From Tissierellia bacterium (GTDB lineage Bacteria; Bacillota; Clostridia; Tissierellales; Tepidimicrobiaceae): a stretch of 48,585 nt of DNA. Position numbers and translations under genes: made by a program. The stretch's first letter is position 1; every line of letters begins with the position of its first letter. The notes below the pieces were generated by a model. It saw only the letters and a program-made list of their open reading frames with translations, did no database searches and was not told the origin of the DNA. Shown one piece after another: positions 27,301 through 36,404 of the stretch. The DNA lies in the NCBI GenBank assembly GCA_012798935.1, contig JAAZMG010000095.1:1-48585 (forward strand). The letters are read 5' to 3'.

Positions 27301-27897
27301 TCATTTATTTGTTTTAAATATTCTTTGTAAAAGCCCTTTATTGTTTTCCAATCTTTTTATTTTGTCTTTTAATTCGGCAGTTTCATAAGACTTTTCCTTA
27401 ACTTTCATCTTTAATTTTGCATTTTCACATATCAGTACATCCCTCTCTTTACTACTTAATTCATTTCTTAACTCCGTTATTTCATCTTTTAATTTTTCAA
27501 TCATCTGTATACTACACTCACTATTACTATCAAGCCTTTTTATTAAATCATCAAAAAACCCTTCCTGCAAGTTTAAGCTAATCTCTTTAGCTAATTCCAA
27601 TGAATTTATGTTTTCTCTAGGAGTAATATTGGTTAATGCTGTTTCCTCATTAGAATCTACTAATAATTCAGGAGACTTTATAATTAACTTAATTTGCTTA
27701 TTGCTAAACCCTTTATTTTGCAGGGATTTTATATACTGAAATATCTCGATTTCAAGATAAGTATAGTACCTATGGTTTGACTGGTTTCTTGGGATCTCTA
27801 ATTCAAACTCCTTTTCATAATATCTAAGTACATGAGGAGGGTAGCTTGTTAACTCAGCTACTTCAGATATTGTATATTCCTTATCAACTTCTAACAT
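27301..27897 (-). CDS. MerR family transcriptional regulator with long C-terminal coiled coil
   Basis: N-terminal MerR HTH (YTISEVAELTSYPPHVLRYYEKEFEL...YYTYLEIEIFQYIKSLQNKGFSNKQIK). The C-terminal ~70 aa are heptad-rich (LKDEITELRNELSSKE...ELKDKIKRLENNK). Confidence 0.8.
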   Translation of the reverse strand: MLEVDKEYTISEVAELTSYPPHVLRYYEKEFELEIPRNQSNHRYYTYLEIEIFQYIKSLQNKGFSNKQIKLIIKSPELLVDSNEETALTNITPRENINSLELAKEISLNLQEGFFDDLIKRLDSNSECSIQMIEKLKDEITELRNELSSKERDVLICENAKLKMKVKEKSYETAELKDKIKRLENNKGLLQRIFKTNK

Positions 27898-28041
27898 AAG
27901 ATTGCCCCCTTAAAAACATTGTTATATTAGTTATTCTTTAATACTTTAAAAATTCCTTCATAAATAACAAGTTTTTATTTATCAAATATTGATATAATCC
28001 TTCAAATATCATCATCTATTGTTTTTTCTCTACTAAATAAG

Positions 28042-28073
28042 AAAAAAGAGCTGAAATATTTCAGCTCTTTTTT
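28042..28073 (-). terminator. Terminator after the cheR-M42 operon
   Basis: A6-GAGCTGAAA-TA-TTTCAGCTC-T6. Confidence 0.85.
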
Positions 28074-28076
28074 CGT

Positions 28077-29075
28077 TTATAATATGATATCCCTATTCAA
28101 TAATTTTATTAACAACCTTATTGAATTAATTATATCGTTCTTTGATGCCATCTCTATTGTAGAATGGACATATCTGGTAGGAATAGATATCACCCCAGAA
28201 GGTACTCCTTCTTTAGTCAGATGAATACTCCCTGAATCAGTACCTCCAAATTCCAAAACTTCCATTTGATATGGTATATCATTTTCTTCAGCTATATCTA
28301 TCATAAATTGTCTTAATTCTGGATGGGTTAATATAGAATTATCCTTTACCTTTATTGCAGCTCCTTTATCTAAACCTACTGCAAAAGTTTTAGCTTTTGG
28401 TGTATCTCCACTTCCTGTAACATCTAAAGCTATACCTATTTCTGGATTAATTCCATAGGCAGAAGTCTTTGCTCCTCTTAAACCCATTTCTTCTTGTACT
28501 GTAAACACGAAATATAAATCATTTTTTTGATTTTCTATTTGTTTAATGGTTTCTATAGCTATATAGCATCCCACTCTATCATCTAGACACTTTGTAAACA
28601 CTACATTATCATTCTCTTGGTATTCTGTTTTATAAACACATATATCACCAATATTCACAAATTTTTCTGCTTCTTCTTTATTTCTTGCTCCTATATCTAT
28701 AAACATATTTGATAATTTAAGCTTAGAAATATCCTCCATTGGTTCAGAGAAAATTACGCCTACTACACCATTTTCAAACACTACTTGTTGACTTAAGGTA
28801 ACAAATGGAGATGTTCCTCCAATATTTGTAAATCTTAGAAAACCATTATCGTCAATATCTGTAATCATAAACCCAATTTGATCCATATGGGCTGCTATCA
28901 TAATTCTTTTTCCGCTACCTTTTTTCCTAGCAATTAAATTTCCTAAATTATCTATTTTTATTTCATCAACATAATCTTTAATTTCTTTCTCTATATATTC
29001 TCTAATAATACTTTCATTGCCTGAAGGTCCATAAATACTTACTAATTTTTTCATAAGCTTAGTGTCAAACTTCAT
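28077..29075 (-). CDS. M42 family metallo-aminopeptidase (paralog 3 of 3)
   Basis: 332 aa. YsdC/FrvX/TET-like: GPSGNE, AAHMDQIGFM, DDRVGC, TVQEEMGLRGA, LDVT. Confidence 0.9.
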   Translation of the reverse strand: MKFDTKLMKKLVSIYGPSGNESIIREYIEKEIKDYVDEIKIDNLGNLIARKKGSGKRIMIAAHMDQIGFMITDIDDNGFLRFTNIGGTSPFVTLSQQVVFENGVVGVIFSEPMEDISKLKLSNMFIDIGARNKEEAEKFVNIGDICVYKTEYQENDNVVFTKCLDDRVGCYIAIETIKQIENQKNDLYFVFTVQEEMGLRGAKTSAYGINPEIGIALDVTGSGDTPKAKTFAVGLDKGAAIKVKDNSILTHPELRQFMIDIAEENDIPYQMEVLEFGGTDSGSIHLTKEGVPSGVISIPTRYVHSTIEMASKNDIINSIRLLIKLLNRDIIL

Positions 29076-29076
29076 A

Positions 29077-30096
29077 TTATAGCTCCCCCTTTTTATACTC
29101 GTATAAAATAGCCTTTAATAATTTAAAAGTATTTTTATAATCATCTTTACTCATTACCGATGTTGGAGAGTGTATGTTTCTACAAGGTACAGATATTGTA
29201 GCTGTAATTGAACCTTCCTTATTAGTGTGTATCTTTCCTGAATCGTTTCCACCCATAGCAATTTTTCTATATTGATAAGGTATATGATTATTTTCCGCAA
29301 TTTGAACTATTTTTTTTCTAAAATTAATATTATATAAAGTTGTTCTATCTACTAGTGAAATAGCAGGTCCCTTATTTAGAGTTGTTGGTATTAAATGTTG
29401 GTCTAATTTTGGTATGTCATAACATAAAGTTCCCTCTAATATAATACCTAAATCTGGATTAACCCTATAAGCAGCTGGTCCAGCGCCTACAAGACCAATT
29501 TCCTCCATAACAGTAAATACACCATAAAAATCAATATCCTTTATTTCTTTAATCAATTCAACTAATAAACAACAACCTACTCGATTATCCAAAGCCTTTG
29601 CCTTAACTAAATTTTCTCCAAACTCTATATATTGACTATCAAATGCTACATAATCCCCTATGTTTACCAACTTTTCTGCTTCTTCTTTGGTGTTCACACC
29701 TATATCTATGTACAATTGTTCAATATCTAATGCATTTTTCCATTCTTCCTTTTCCTGTAAATGGGTAGGTTTAGCACCAATAACTCCTGATATTTTCTTT
29801 TTCCCTATTATAACCGGCTTGGATACTAAAATTCTCTTATCTATTCCTCCAACAGTAGTAAACTTAAGTAGTCCCATATCATCTATATCTGTAACCATTA
29901 AACCAACCTCATCCATATGGGCTGCTATCATTAGTTTCTTAGAATTATTTTTCCCTTTTTTATAAGCTATAATATTTCCTAATCTATCAACCTTTATTTC
30001 ATCTACAAAAACTTTTATTTCATCTAAAATAATATCTCTAACTTCTTTTTCGTTACCTGATACACCTGAAGCTTCAGTTAGCTTTTTTAATAACAT
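29077..30096 (-). CDS. M42 family metallo-aminopeptidase (paralog 2 of 3)
   Basis: 339 aa. GVSGNE, AAHMDEVGLM, LDNRVGC, TVMEEIGLVGA. Confidence 0.9.
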   Translation of the reverse strand: MLLKKLTEASGVSGNEKEVRDIILDEIKVFVDEIKVDRLGNIIAYKKGKNNSKKLMIAAHMDEVGLMVTDIDDMGLLKFTTVGGIDKRILVSKPVIIGKKKISGVIGAKPTHLQEKEEWKNALDIEQLYIDIGVNTKEEAEKLVNIGDYVAFDSQYIEFGENLVKAKALDNRVGCCLLVELIKEIKDIDFYGVFTVMEEIGLVGAGPAAYRVNPDLGIILEGTLCYDIPKLDQHLIPTTLNKGPAISLVDRTTLYNINFRKKIVQIAENNHIPYQYRKIAMGGNDSGKIHTNKEGSITATISVPCRNIHSPTSVMSKDDYKNTFKLLKAILYEYKKGEL

Positions 30097-31142
30097 AATA
30101 ACCCCTCCAAATTCTCATTTGAAATAGAAGCTATAAAAAACGTTAATAGTTTTCCAGTGTTTTTAATGTCTTTCATATCCACTACTTCCACTGAGGTATG
30201 CATATATCTTAAAGGTATAGATAAACATAAAGATGGAACACCTTCTCTGGTAATTTGCATTGCTCTTGCATCGGTACCAGTAGGACCAGGTGTTACCTCA
30301 ATTTGGAAAGGTATATTATATTCCTTAGAAACTTCTACCATTTTTTCTCTTAAACCTAGGTGTATATTTCCACCTATTGTTATTCCGGGGCCTTTCCCCA
30401 TATCTAAAGTATCAGATTTTGAAAGTTCAGGAGTAGATCCAAACCCAACATCTATTGCAATACCAATATCTGGATTGATTTTATATGTGCTAGTTAAAGC
30501 ACCTCTCGTTCCTACTTCTTCCTGGACAGTACATACAAAATATACGTCAGCTTCATGATTTATTTTGGACAGTTCTTTTACACATTCATACATAGCTGCA
30601 ATTCCTGCTTTATCGTCCAATGCTTTACCAGTAAATCTATCTCCTTGTAGTTCTTTAAAATCTCTTTTAATAGTAATAGTATCTCCTATACTTATAATTT
30701 TTTCTAACTCTTCTTTAGAATATCCTAGATCTATTATCATATCTTCCATTTTAATAGCTTTGTTGACTTCAGCTGGTTCTTGTAGATGAGGTGGCTTTGA
30801 ACTAATAACACCAAATAAATCTTTCTTTCCATGTACTATTACTTCCTGTCCTAAAATAGTTCTAGGGTCTATGCCTCCTATATTTGTAAATCTTATAAAA
30901 CCATTATCTTCAATATATTTAACCATCAATCCAATTTCATCCATATGTCCTGCAATCATTATTTTTGTATTAGAGCCATTATTTTTCCCTTTTTTTAGTA
31001 TAATTATATTTCCTAAATTATCAATTAATATATTATCTGCATATATTTTAAAGACAGAGAAAATAGCATCATTAAGCCTAGATTCATGGCCTGATACACC
31101 ACTACTATTACTTAGCATCTCTAACAAGTCCTTAGTATCCAA
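30087..31142 (-). CDS. M42 family metallo-aminopeptidase (paralog 1 of 3)
   Basis: 351 aa. TTG start 7 nt after GGGGG. GVSGHE, AGHMDEIGLM, LDDKAG, TVQEEVGTRGA. Confidence 0.9.
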   Translation of the reverse strand: MDTKDLLEMLSNSSGVSGHESRLNDAIFSVFKIYADNILIDNLGNIIILKKGKNNGSNTKIMIAGHMDEIGLMVKYIEDNGFIRFTNIGGIDPRTILGQEVIVHGKKDLFGVISSKPPHLQEPAEVNKAIKMEDMIIDLGYSKEELEKIISIGDTITIKRDFKELQGDRFTGKALDDKAGIAAMYECVKELSKINHEADVYFVCTVQEEVGTRGALTSTYKINPDIGIAIDVGFGSTPELSKSDTLDMGKGPGITIGGNIHLGLREKMVEVSKEYNIPFQIEVTPGPTGTDARAMQITREGVPSLCLSIPLRYMHTSVEVVDMKDIKNTGKLLTFFIASISNENLEGLLCY

Positions 31143-31176
31143 TATTAAGCCCCCTTACTCATTTTATTTATATATC

Positions 31177-31953
31177 CTAGTTAATTTTTTTATAAAAGAA
31201 TGTTTTAACAGATCTAAAATTATATCTTTCAGGTAATATTATTTGTTCAGTACTGCCTACAAAGAGAATCCCATCTTTGTTTAAACTTTGATGAAACTTT
31301 TTATACAATAATTCTTTTGCCTCATCTGTGAAGTAGATTATAACATTTCTGCAAACAATCAAATCTAAGTTTTGAGGAAATCTGTCTTTTAGGAGATCTA
31401 TCTTTTGAAATTCTACTTGACTTTTAATCTCATCTTTAATTAGATAAGAATCCTGAACTTTTTCAAAATATTTATCTTTAAATTCTATTGGTAAATCATC
31501 TAATGATTTTTCAGTATAAAGCCCTACTTTAGCTTTTTCTATAGCTTCCTCATCAATATCCGAAGCCAGTACCTTTATTTCTTTCAGGTCATAAAATTTA
31601 GTCAACAACATAGCCAAAGAGTAAGGTTCTTCACCTGTAGAACAAGCGGAACTCCAAATTTTTAACGGTCTTTTAGAATTATCAATTAATTCTGTTAGTA
31701 TATCTTTTTCTAGTACTTGCCACTGGGATGGATTTCTATAAAATTCTGATACATTAATTGTAAGATAATTTATAAATTGATTTAACATGGACTTATCTGA
31801 TTTTAAAGCTAAAAAATATTTATCAAAATCTTCAAATCCATTTCTATTCATTAAAGAAGTAATCCTTCTTTTCATTTGCTTTTCTTTATAATAGTTTAAA
31901 TTTATATTAATTAAAGCATTTATTTTTTCCTTGAAAACCTCATACTTATCCAT
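31177..31953 (-). CDS. cheR: CheR-type protein-glutamate O-methyltransferase (orphan)
   Basis: 258 aa. CheR N-terminal helical domain (FEDFDKYFLALKSD...LTINVSEFYRNP) and SAM-binding IWSSACSTGEEPYSLAM. No other che or MCP genes in the window. Confidence 0.88.
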   Translation of the reverse strand: MDKYEVFKEKINALININLNYYKEKQMKRRITSLMNRNGFEDFDKYFLALKSDKSMLNQFINYLTINVSEFYRNPSQWQVLEKDILTELIDNSKRPLKIWSSACSTGEEPYSLAMLLTKFYDLKEIKVLASDIDEEAIEKAKVGLYTEKSLDDLPIEFKDKYFEKVQDSYLIKDEIKSQVEFQKIDLLKDRFPQNLDLIVCRNVIIYFTDEAKELLYKKFHQSLNKDGILFVGSTEQIILPERYNFRSVKTFFYKKIN

Positions 31954-32061
31954 GAAAACCCCCTTAGAAAATAATTAGTTTATTTAGATTATTATAAAAT
32001 ATTATAAAAACTTCTATTAAAATATTTAATGCTAAGGAAATTTACACTTTCCTATAGATTA

Positions 32062-32093
32062 TAAAAAATTTCTGTGGTTTAAACCACAGAAAT
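32062..32093 (-). terminator. Terminator after ispH-S1
   Basis: On the - strand: ATTTCTGTGGTTTAAACCACAGAAAT followed by TTTTTTAT. Confidence 0.8.
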
Positions 32094-32184
32094 AATGTAA
32101 AGGGGGTCTTGATGTAATTTATGAGGTTACATTTATTATTTTTTACAATAATAAATTTTTTATACATCAAAACCCTTTACATTA

Positions 32185-34146
32185 TTATTTATCTTTTATA
32201 ACGTCCTCTATTTTTACACCAATATCTTTATTTTCTATTGTTTGGTTTTTTTCTTCGCTCTCTTCTAATTCCTTTATGCTTAAACTAATTCTCTTATCAT
32301 CTTCATTTATATCTATAATCTTAACCTTAACTTCCTGATCTATTTCCAACTTGTCCGATGGCTTATTAACATGTTCCTTAGAAATTTGGGAAACATGTAC
32401 TAATCCATCAACTCCTTCTTCTAGTCTTACAAATGCTCCAAAGTCTAAAAGGTTGACAACTTTACCTGAAACTATATCTCCAATTTGCCTATTCTTAATA
32501 AAAACGTCCCATGGTTTTGGCAATGTTTGCTTTAATCCTAAAGAAATTCTATTTTTTTCCTTATCAAAACCAAGAACTTGCACCTGGATCTTATCACCTT
32601 CACTCACAACTTCTGAAGGATGGTTTATTCTATACCATGATAAATCTGAAATATGAATCAAACCGTCTAAACCACCTATATCTACAAAAGCCCCAAAATT
32701 AGTTAATCTTTCTACTTGTCCATCGATTATCTTATCAACTTCTAAACTATCCCAAAGTTCTTCTCTTTTCTTTTCCAGTTTTTCTTTTTCTACTTCTTTA
32801 CTTGACAAGATAATTCTCTTTTTGTATTTATCAAAATCGATTAACTTGGCAGTTAAAGTTTTACCTTTATAAACAGTTAAATCGTTCACATATTTTATAG
32901 AAATTTGAGACGCTGGCATAAAGCCTGTTATACCATTAACCAATACAGATAATCCACCTTTAACGTCTGTTAAAACCTTACATTCTACTTCCTCTTTATT
33001 TTCATAAACCTCCTCTAGTTCTTCCCAACTTTTTATTGCTTTTAATCTTCTTGTAGAAAGTACTACATTTCCTTCACCATCGTCCAATTTAACTATATAT
33101 ACCTCTATCTCATCCCCTTCTTTAAACAGATCCTTTGGTCTTACTTCAGGGTCATTTGATAGTTCTTCACGGTTTATTATTCCATCAGATTTATAGTTGA
33201 TATTTACCATTACTTCATTTTCAGTTACATATATTACTTTACCCTTCACTATATCTCCTTTATGGATTTTTACTAATGAATTTTCTATTGCTTCCATTAT
33301 TTCATTGTTATTAATATTATTCATTGTATCAACAACCTCCTTAATTATCCAATCAGGTGTAGAAGCACCTGCAGTTATTCCTATTGTATTAAATTTTACT
33401 AGCTTTTGTAAAGGCAAATCTTCAGATACTTCAATATGGTATACATTATTACAATATCTATTACTTATTTCTACTAATTTATTAGTATTAGAACTATGAT
33501 AACCTCCTATAACTACCATAGCATCAACTTTTTTAGCTAATTCTCCACAAGCTTTTTGTCTTAAATTTGTTGCATTACATATGGTATTAAATATCTTAAC
33601 CTCACCACCCTTATTATTGAGGATATTTGATAAACATTCAAATTTTTCTAAAGTATTTGTAGTTTGTGAAACAATGCATATCTTATCATAGTAGGGGATT
33701 TTTCTTGCTTCTTCCTCATTATTTACTATAATCCCTTCATTATTACACCAACCATTAATACCAATTACCTCTGGATGCTCCCTATCACCTATTATTATAA
33801 TCTTATATCCATTATTATTGTACTCTTCTACTTTTCTATGAACCGACTTTACAAATGGACATGTACAATCGATTAATTCTAAATCTAAATCCTCTACTTT
33901 TTTTTGTATATTATAGGGTATACCATGGGCTCTTACAATAATTTTTCCACTATCTAATTCATCAACTTTATCTATAACCTTTAAACCATCTTTAGATAGC
34001 ATGTTAACTACTTGATAATTATGGACTAATGGTCCCAATGAATAGGTAGCTATGTTCTCTGAATCCTTTATTGTTTCTATAGCCATATCCACTGCTTTTT
34101 TTACTCCAAAACAATATCCCGCATGTTCTGCAATATATATTCTCAC
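32185..34146 (-). CDS. ispH: Bifunctional 4-hydroxy-3-methylbut-2-enyl diphosphate reductase (IspH/LytB) / ribosomal protein S1-like fusion
   Basis: N-terminal ~280 aa are LytB with three cluster Cys contexts (GYCFGV, CPFV, ICNAT). The C-terminal part holds four S1 repeats (for example GQVERLTNFGAFVDIGGLDGLIHISD). This fusion is common in Clostridia. Confidence 0.93.
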   Translation of the reverse strand: MRIYIAEHAGYCFGVKKAVDMAIETIKDSENIATYSLGPLVHNYQVVNMLSKDGLKVIDKVDELDSGKIIVRAHGIPYNIQKKVEDLDLELIDCTCPFVKSVHRKVEEYNNNGYKIIIIGDREHPEVIGINGWCNNEGIIVNNEEEARKIPYYDKICIVSQTTNTLEKFECLSNILNNKGGEVKIFNTICNATNLRQKACGELAKKVDAMVVIGGYHSSNTNKLVEISNRYCNNVYHIEVSEDLPLQKLVKFNTIGITAGASTPDWIIKEVVDTMNNINNNEIMEAIENSLVKIHKGDIVKGKVIYVTENEVMVNINYKSDGIINREELSNDPEVRPKDLFKEGDEIEVYIVKLDDGEGNVVLSTRRLKAIKSWEELEEVYENKEEVECKVLTDVKGGLSVLVNGITGFMPASQISIKYVNDLTVYKGKTLTAKLIDFDKYKKRIILSSKEVEKEKLEKKREELWDSLEVDKIIDGQVERLTNFGAFVDIGGLDGLIHISDLSWYRINHPSEVVSEGDKIQVQVLGFDKEKNRISLGLKQTLPKPWDVFIKNRQIGDIVSGKVVNLLDFGAFVRLEEGVDGLVHVSQISKEHVNKPSDKLEIDQEVKVKIIDINEDDKRISLSIKELEESEEKNQTIENKDIGVKIEDVIKDK

Positions 34147-34158
34147 AATACCTTCCTC

Positions 34159-34743
34159 CTATACATCTTTTAATGAATATATAGATTTCATTATATCTAC
34201 ACTAATATCTTTATAGTCTTCTGTTGTAAGTTTTCTACCCTGGTAAGAATCAAAATACATAGGCTCTCCTATTCTTATTGTTACTTTGCTAAATAGTTTA
34301 TATTTAGATTCAATATACACAGGAACAACTGGGGATTTGCTTTTTATACTAATTAAACTCACTCCCGGCTTCGCATTATTTAAATCCATTTTTTGTACCC
34401 TTGTTCCTTCAGGAAAAATGCCTAATATTTTTTCTTCTTTTAATGTTCTTAAAGACCTTTTAACAGACGCTAGATCAGACCCTTCCCTATCTACTGGAAA
34501 AGCCCCTAAGCTGTGAATTAATTTGGCCAAAAGTTTATTTTCAAACAACTCTTTTTTAGCCATAAATATAATTGGTCTAGGTATAGCTATTGCCAACATG
34601 ATAGGATCTAAAAGGCTTATGTGATTTGAGCACAATATAATTCTTCCTTTTCCAGGAATATTTTGTCTTCCCTCAATATCAAATCTAAATATTATCCTGA
34701 ACACAATATTTATAATAAATCTTGCAATATGGTAAAAATACAA
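34159..34743 (-). CDS. plsC: 1-acyl-sn-glycerol-3-phosphate acyltransferase
   Basis: HX4D motif NHISLLD and FPEGTR. 194 aa. Confidence 0.85.
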   Translation of the reverse strand: MYFYHIARFIINIVFRIIFRFDIEGRQNIPGKGRIILCSNHISLLDPIMLAIAIPRPIIFMAKKELFENKLLAKLIHSLGAFPVDREGSDLASVKRSLRTLKEEKILGIFPEGTRVQKMDLNNAKPGVSLISIKSKSPVVPVYIESKYKLFSKVTIRIGEPMYFDSYQGRKLTTEDYKDISVDIMKSIYSLKDV

Positions 34744-34747
34744 TTAA

Positions 34748-35410
34748 CTATCTCCCTCCCATTATAGTGATTATTTCATCTACGCATTCCTCTACTGTTT
34801 TATTTGTAGTATCGATTTCATATGAATCAAAACTTTTTCTTAAGGGAGCCACTTCCCTTGTACTATCTATTTTATCTCTTTTTTGAATTTCTGCTAAAAC
34901 TTGCTTATAGGAAATGTTTTTTTCACCTTTTTCTATTAGTTCCTTATGCCTTCTTTTTGCTCTCTCTTCCACAGAAGCAGTAATAAAAAACTTGAAATTT
35001 GCATTTGGCAATACTACTGTCCCAATATCTCTTCCATCCATAATAATATTATTTGATTTTGATAATTCCCGTTGCATGCTTACCATTTCTTCTCTAACTT
35101 CTCTAATTTTGGCAACATTTGATACATTGTTGTTAATAATGTTTTCTCTAATTTCTTTATCTACTCTTGTCCCATCTAAGTATATTTTATTATCCTTAAA
35201 ACATATGGAAGTAGATTCCATTAGTTTTAATATGCTTTCTGAATCTTTTGAATCAATCCCATTTTTGATTACTTTTAAAGTCAATGCTCTATACATAGCT
35301 CCTGTGTCAATATATTCAATTTCTAATATTTTAGCAATTTTTTTAGCTATGGTACTTTTACCTGCTCCTGCAGGGCCATCTACTGCAATAATTAATTTAT
35401 CACCACTCAT
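34748..35410 (-). CDS. cmk: Cytidylate kinase
   Basis: AGGAGG 6 nt before ATG 35410 (MSGDKLIIAVDGPAGAGKST). The 14-codon extension in the track is rejected. Confidence 0.93.
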   Translation of the reverse strand: MSGDKLIIAVDGPAGAGKSTIAKKIAKILEIEYIDTGAMYRALTLKVIKNGIDSKDSESILKLMESTSICFKDNKIYLDGTRVDKEIRENIINNNVSNVAKIREVREEMVSMQRELSKSNNIIMDGRDIGTVVLPNANFKFFITASVEERAKRRHKELIEKGEKNISYKQVLAEIQKRDKIDSTREVAPLRKSFDSYEIDTTNKTVEECVDEIITIMGGR

Positions 35411-35460
35411 AACAATCCTCCTAATAAAATAATAGCCACCCATTGGTGGCATCGTTGTTT

Positions 35461-35832
35461 TTATTCATTTAAATCAGGTCTCAATGTTTTTGTATCTTTA
35501 AGATAAACATGTTTTACATCCCTTTGTTCCAGAGTATCTTCATATAAAACCATAACCCTAATACATTTCTCTATACTACCTATTACTTCCATTTCATTAA
35601 AACACATTAAAGCACATTGAGTATATCCTAACAACCTGGCAGCCTTAGCAGGGTATTCAGCATTTAAGTCTTTAGTTGATGAAAATAAAATGCTAATAAC
35701 ATTATTTTTATTTAGATTGTTTTTGTCTTCTATTTCTAACAATAAATCTTTTGTACCTTGAATTATTTTTTCCTTATCATTATCTTCAATAGTAGTGGCC
35801 CCTCTAATTGAAACCATTTTCAATTTTATCAC
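35461..35832 (-). CDS. aroH: Chorismate mutase, AroH class
   Basis: 123 aa. VSIRGATTIE near the N-terminus and overall AroH-like length and sequence. Confidence 0.8.
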   Translation of the reverse strand: MIKLKMVSIRGATTIEDNDKEKIIQGTKDLLLEIEDKNNLNKNNVISILFSSTKDLNAEYPAKAARLLGYTQCALMCFNEMEVIGSIEKCIRVMVLYEDTLEQRDVKHVYLKDTKTLRPDLNE

Positions 35833-35873
35833 TTCCTCTAATAATTATATATTAAAACCTATAATCAAACAAG

Positions 35874-36320
35874 TTATTTTAATTGAACTTTACTCATAAT
35901 TTCTATACTTTGTGATGTAGTTACAGTAGTATCAAGTTTAGGCATTTCGATATTGTTGCTTACACCAATAATTTTCACAGGTATTTTTTTATCATACCTT
36001 GTACCATCTATTTCTATCATATCATTATCATATACATATATTTTTATCTCGTCATTTTTGATAAAATTGTCAATGGGATCTCCATTCAATAAAACATCTA
36101 TTTCTTTATGGTTTGGAGACATGTTTTTTAAAATGACTATGCCTTTTTCATAATTATCCGCATTAGAAAATGGGGCAAATATAATTTTTCTATTGATTTT
36201 AGAAGTATAGATTGTATAGTTATTATCATAGCTTAAAAATTGGATAAATAATAAGAATAAAGTAGATAAAATTGCCAATATAAATACAATCTTTTCTAAT
36301 CTATTAAACATAGATTTCAT
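35874..36320 (-). CDS. Hypothetical membrane-anchored protein
   Basis: 148 aa. One N-terminal TM helix (IVFILAILSTLFLLFIQFL), and the rest looks beta-rich. No family recognised. Confidence 0.55.
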   Translation of the reverse strand: MKSMFNRLEKIVFILAILSTLFLLFIQFLSYDNNYTIYTSKINRKIIFAPFSNADNYEKGIVILKNMSPNHKEIDVLLNGDPIDNFIKNDEIKIYVYDNDMIEIDGTRYDKKIPVKIIGVSNNIEMPKLDTTVTTSQSIEIMSKVQLK

Positions 36321-36404
36321 ATAAGCCTCCTAAATCCATTACTTATAATACTTTATGCATATTGTTTGCAAATAATGAAAATATTATGAGGCCTTTTTTT
36401 ATAT

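Noticed and set aside
35411-35452. Track N-terminal extensions of cmk (to 35452). Similar extensions apply to the flavoprotein (to 37655), the PyrK-like gene (to 46295), dacB (to 47595) and cinA (from 3961).
   Set aside because: In each case a strong Shine-Dalgarno lies inside the extension, correctly spaced from an internal start that gives the family-typical N-terminus.
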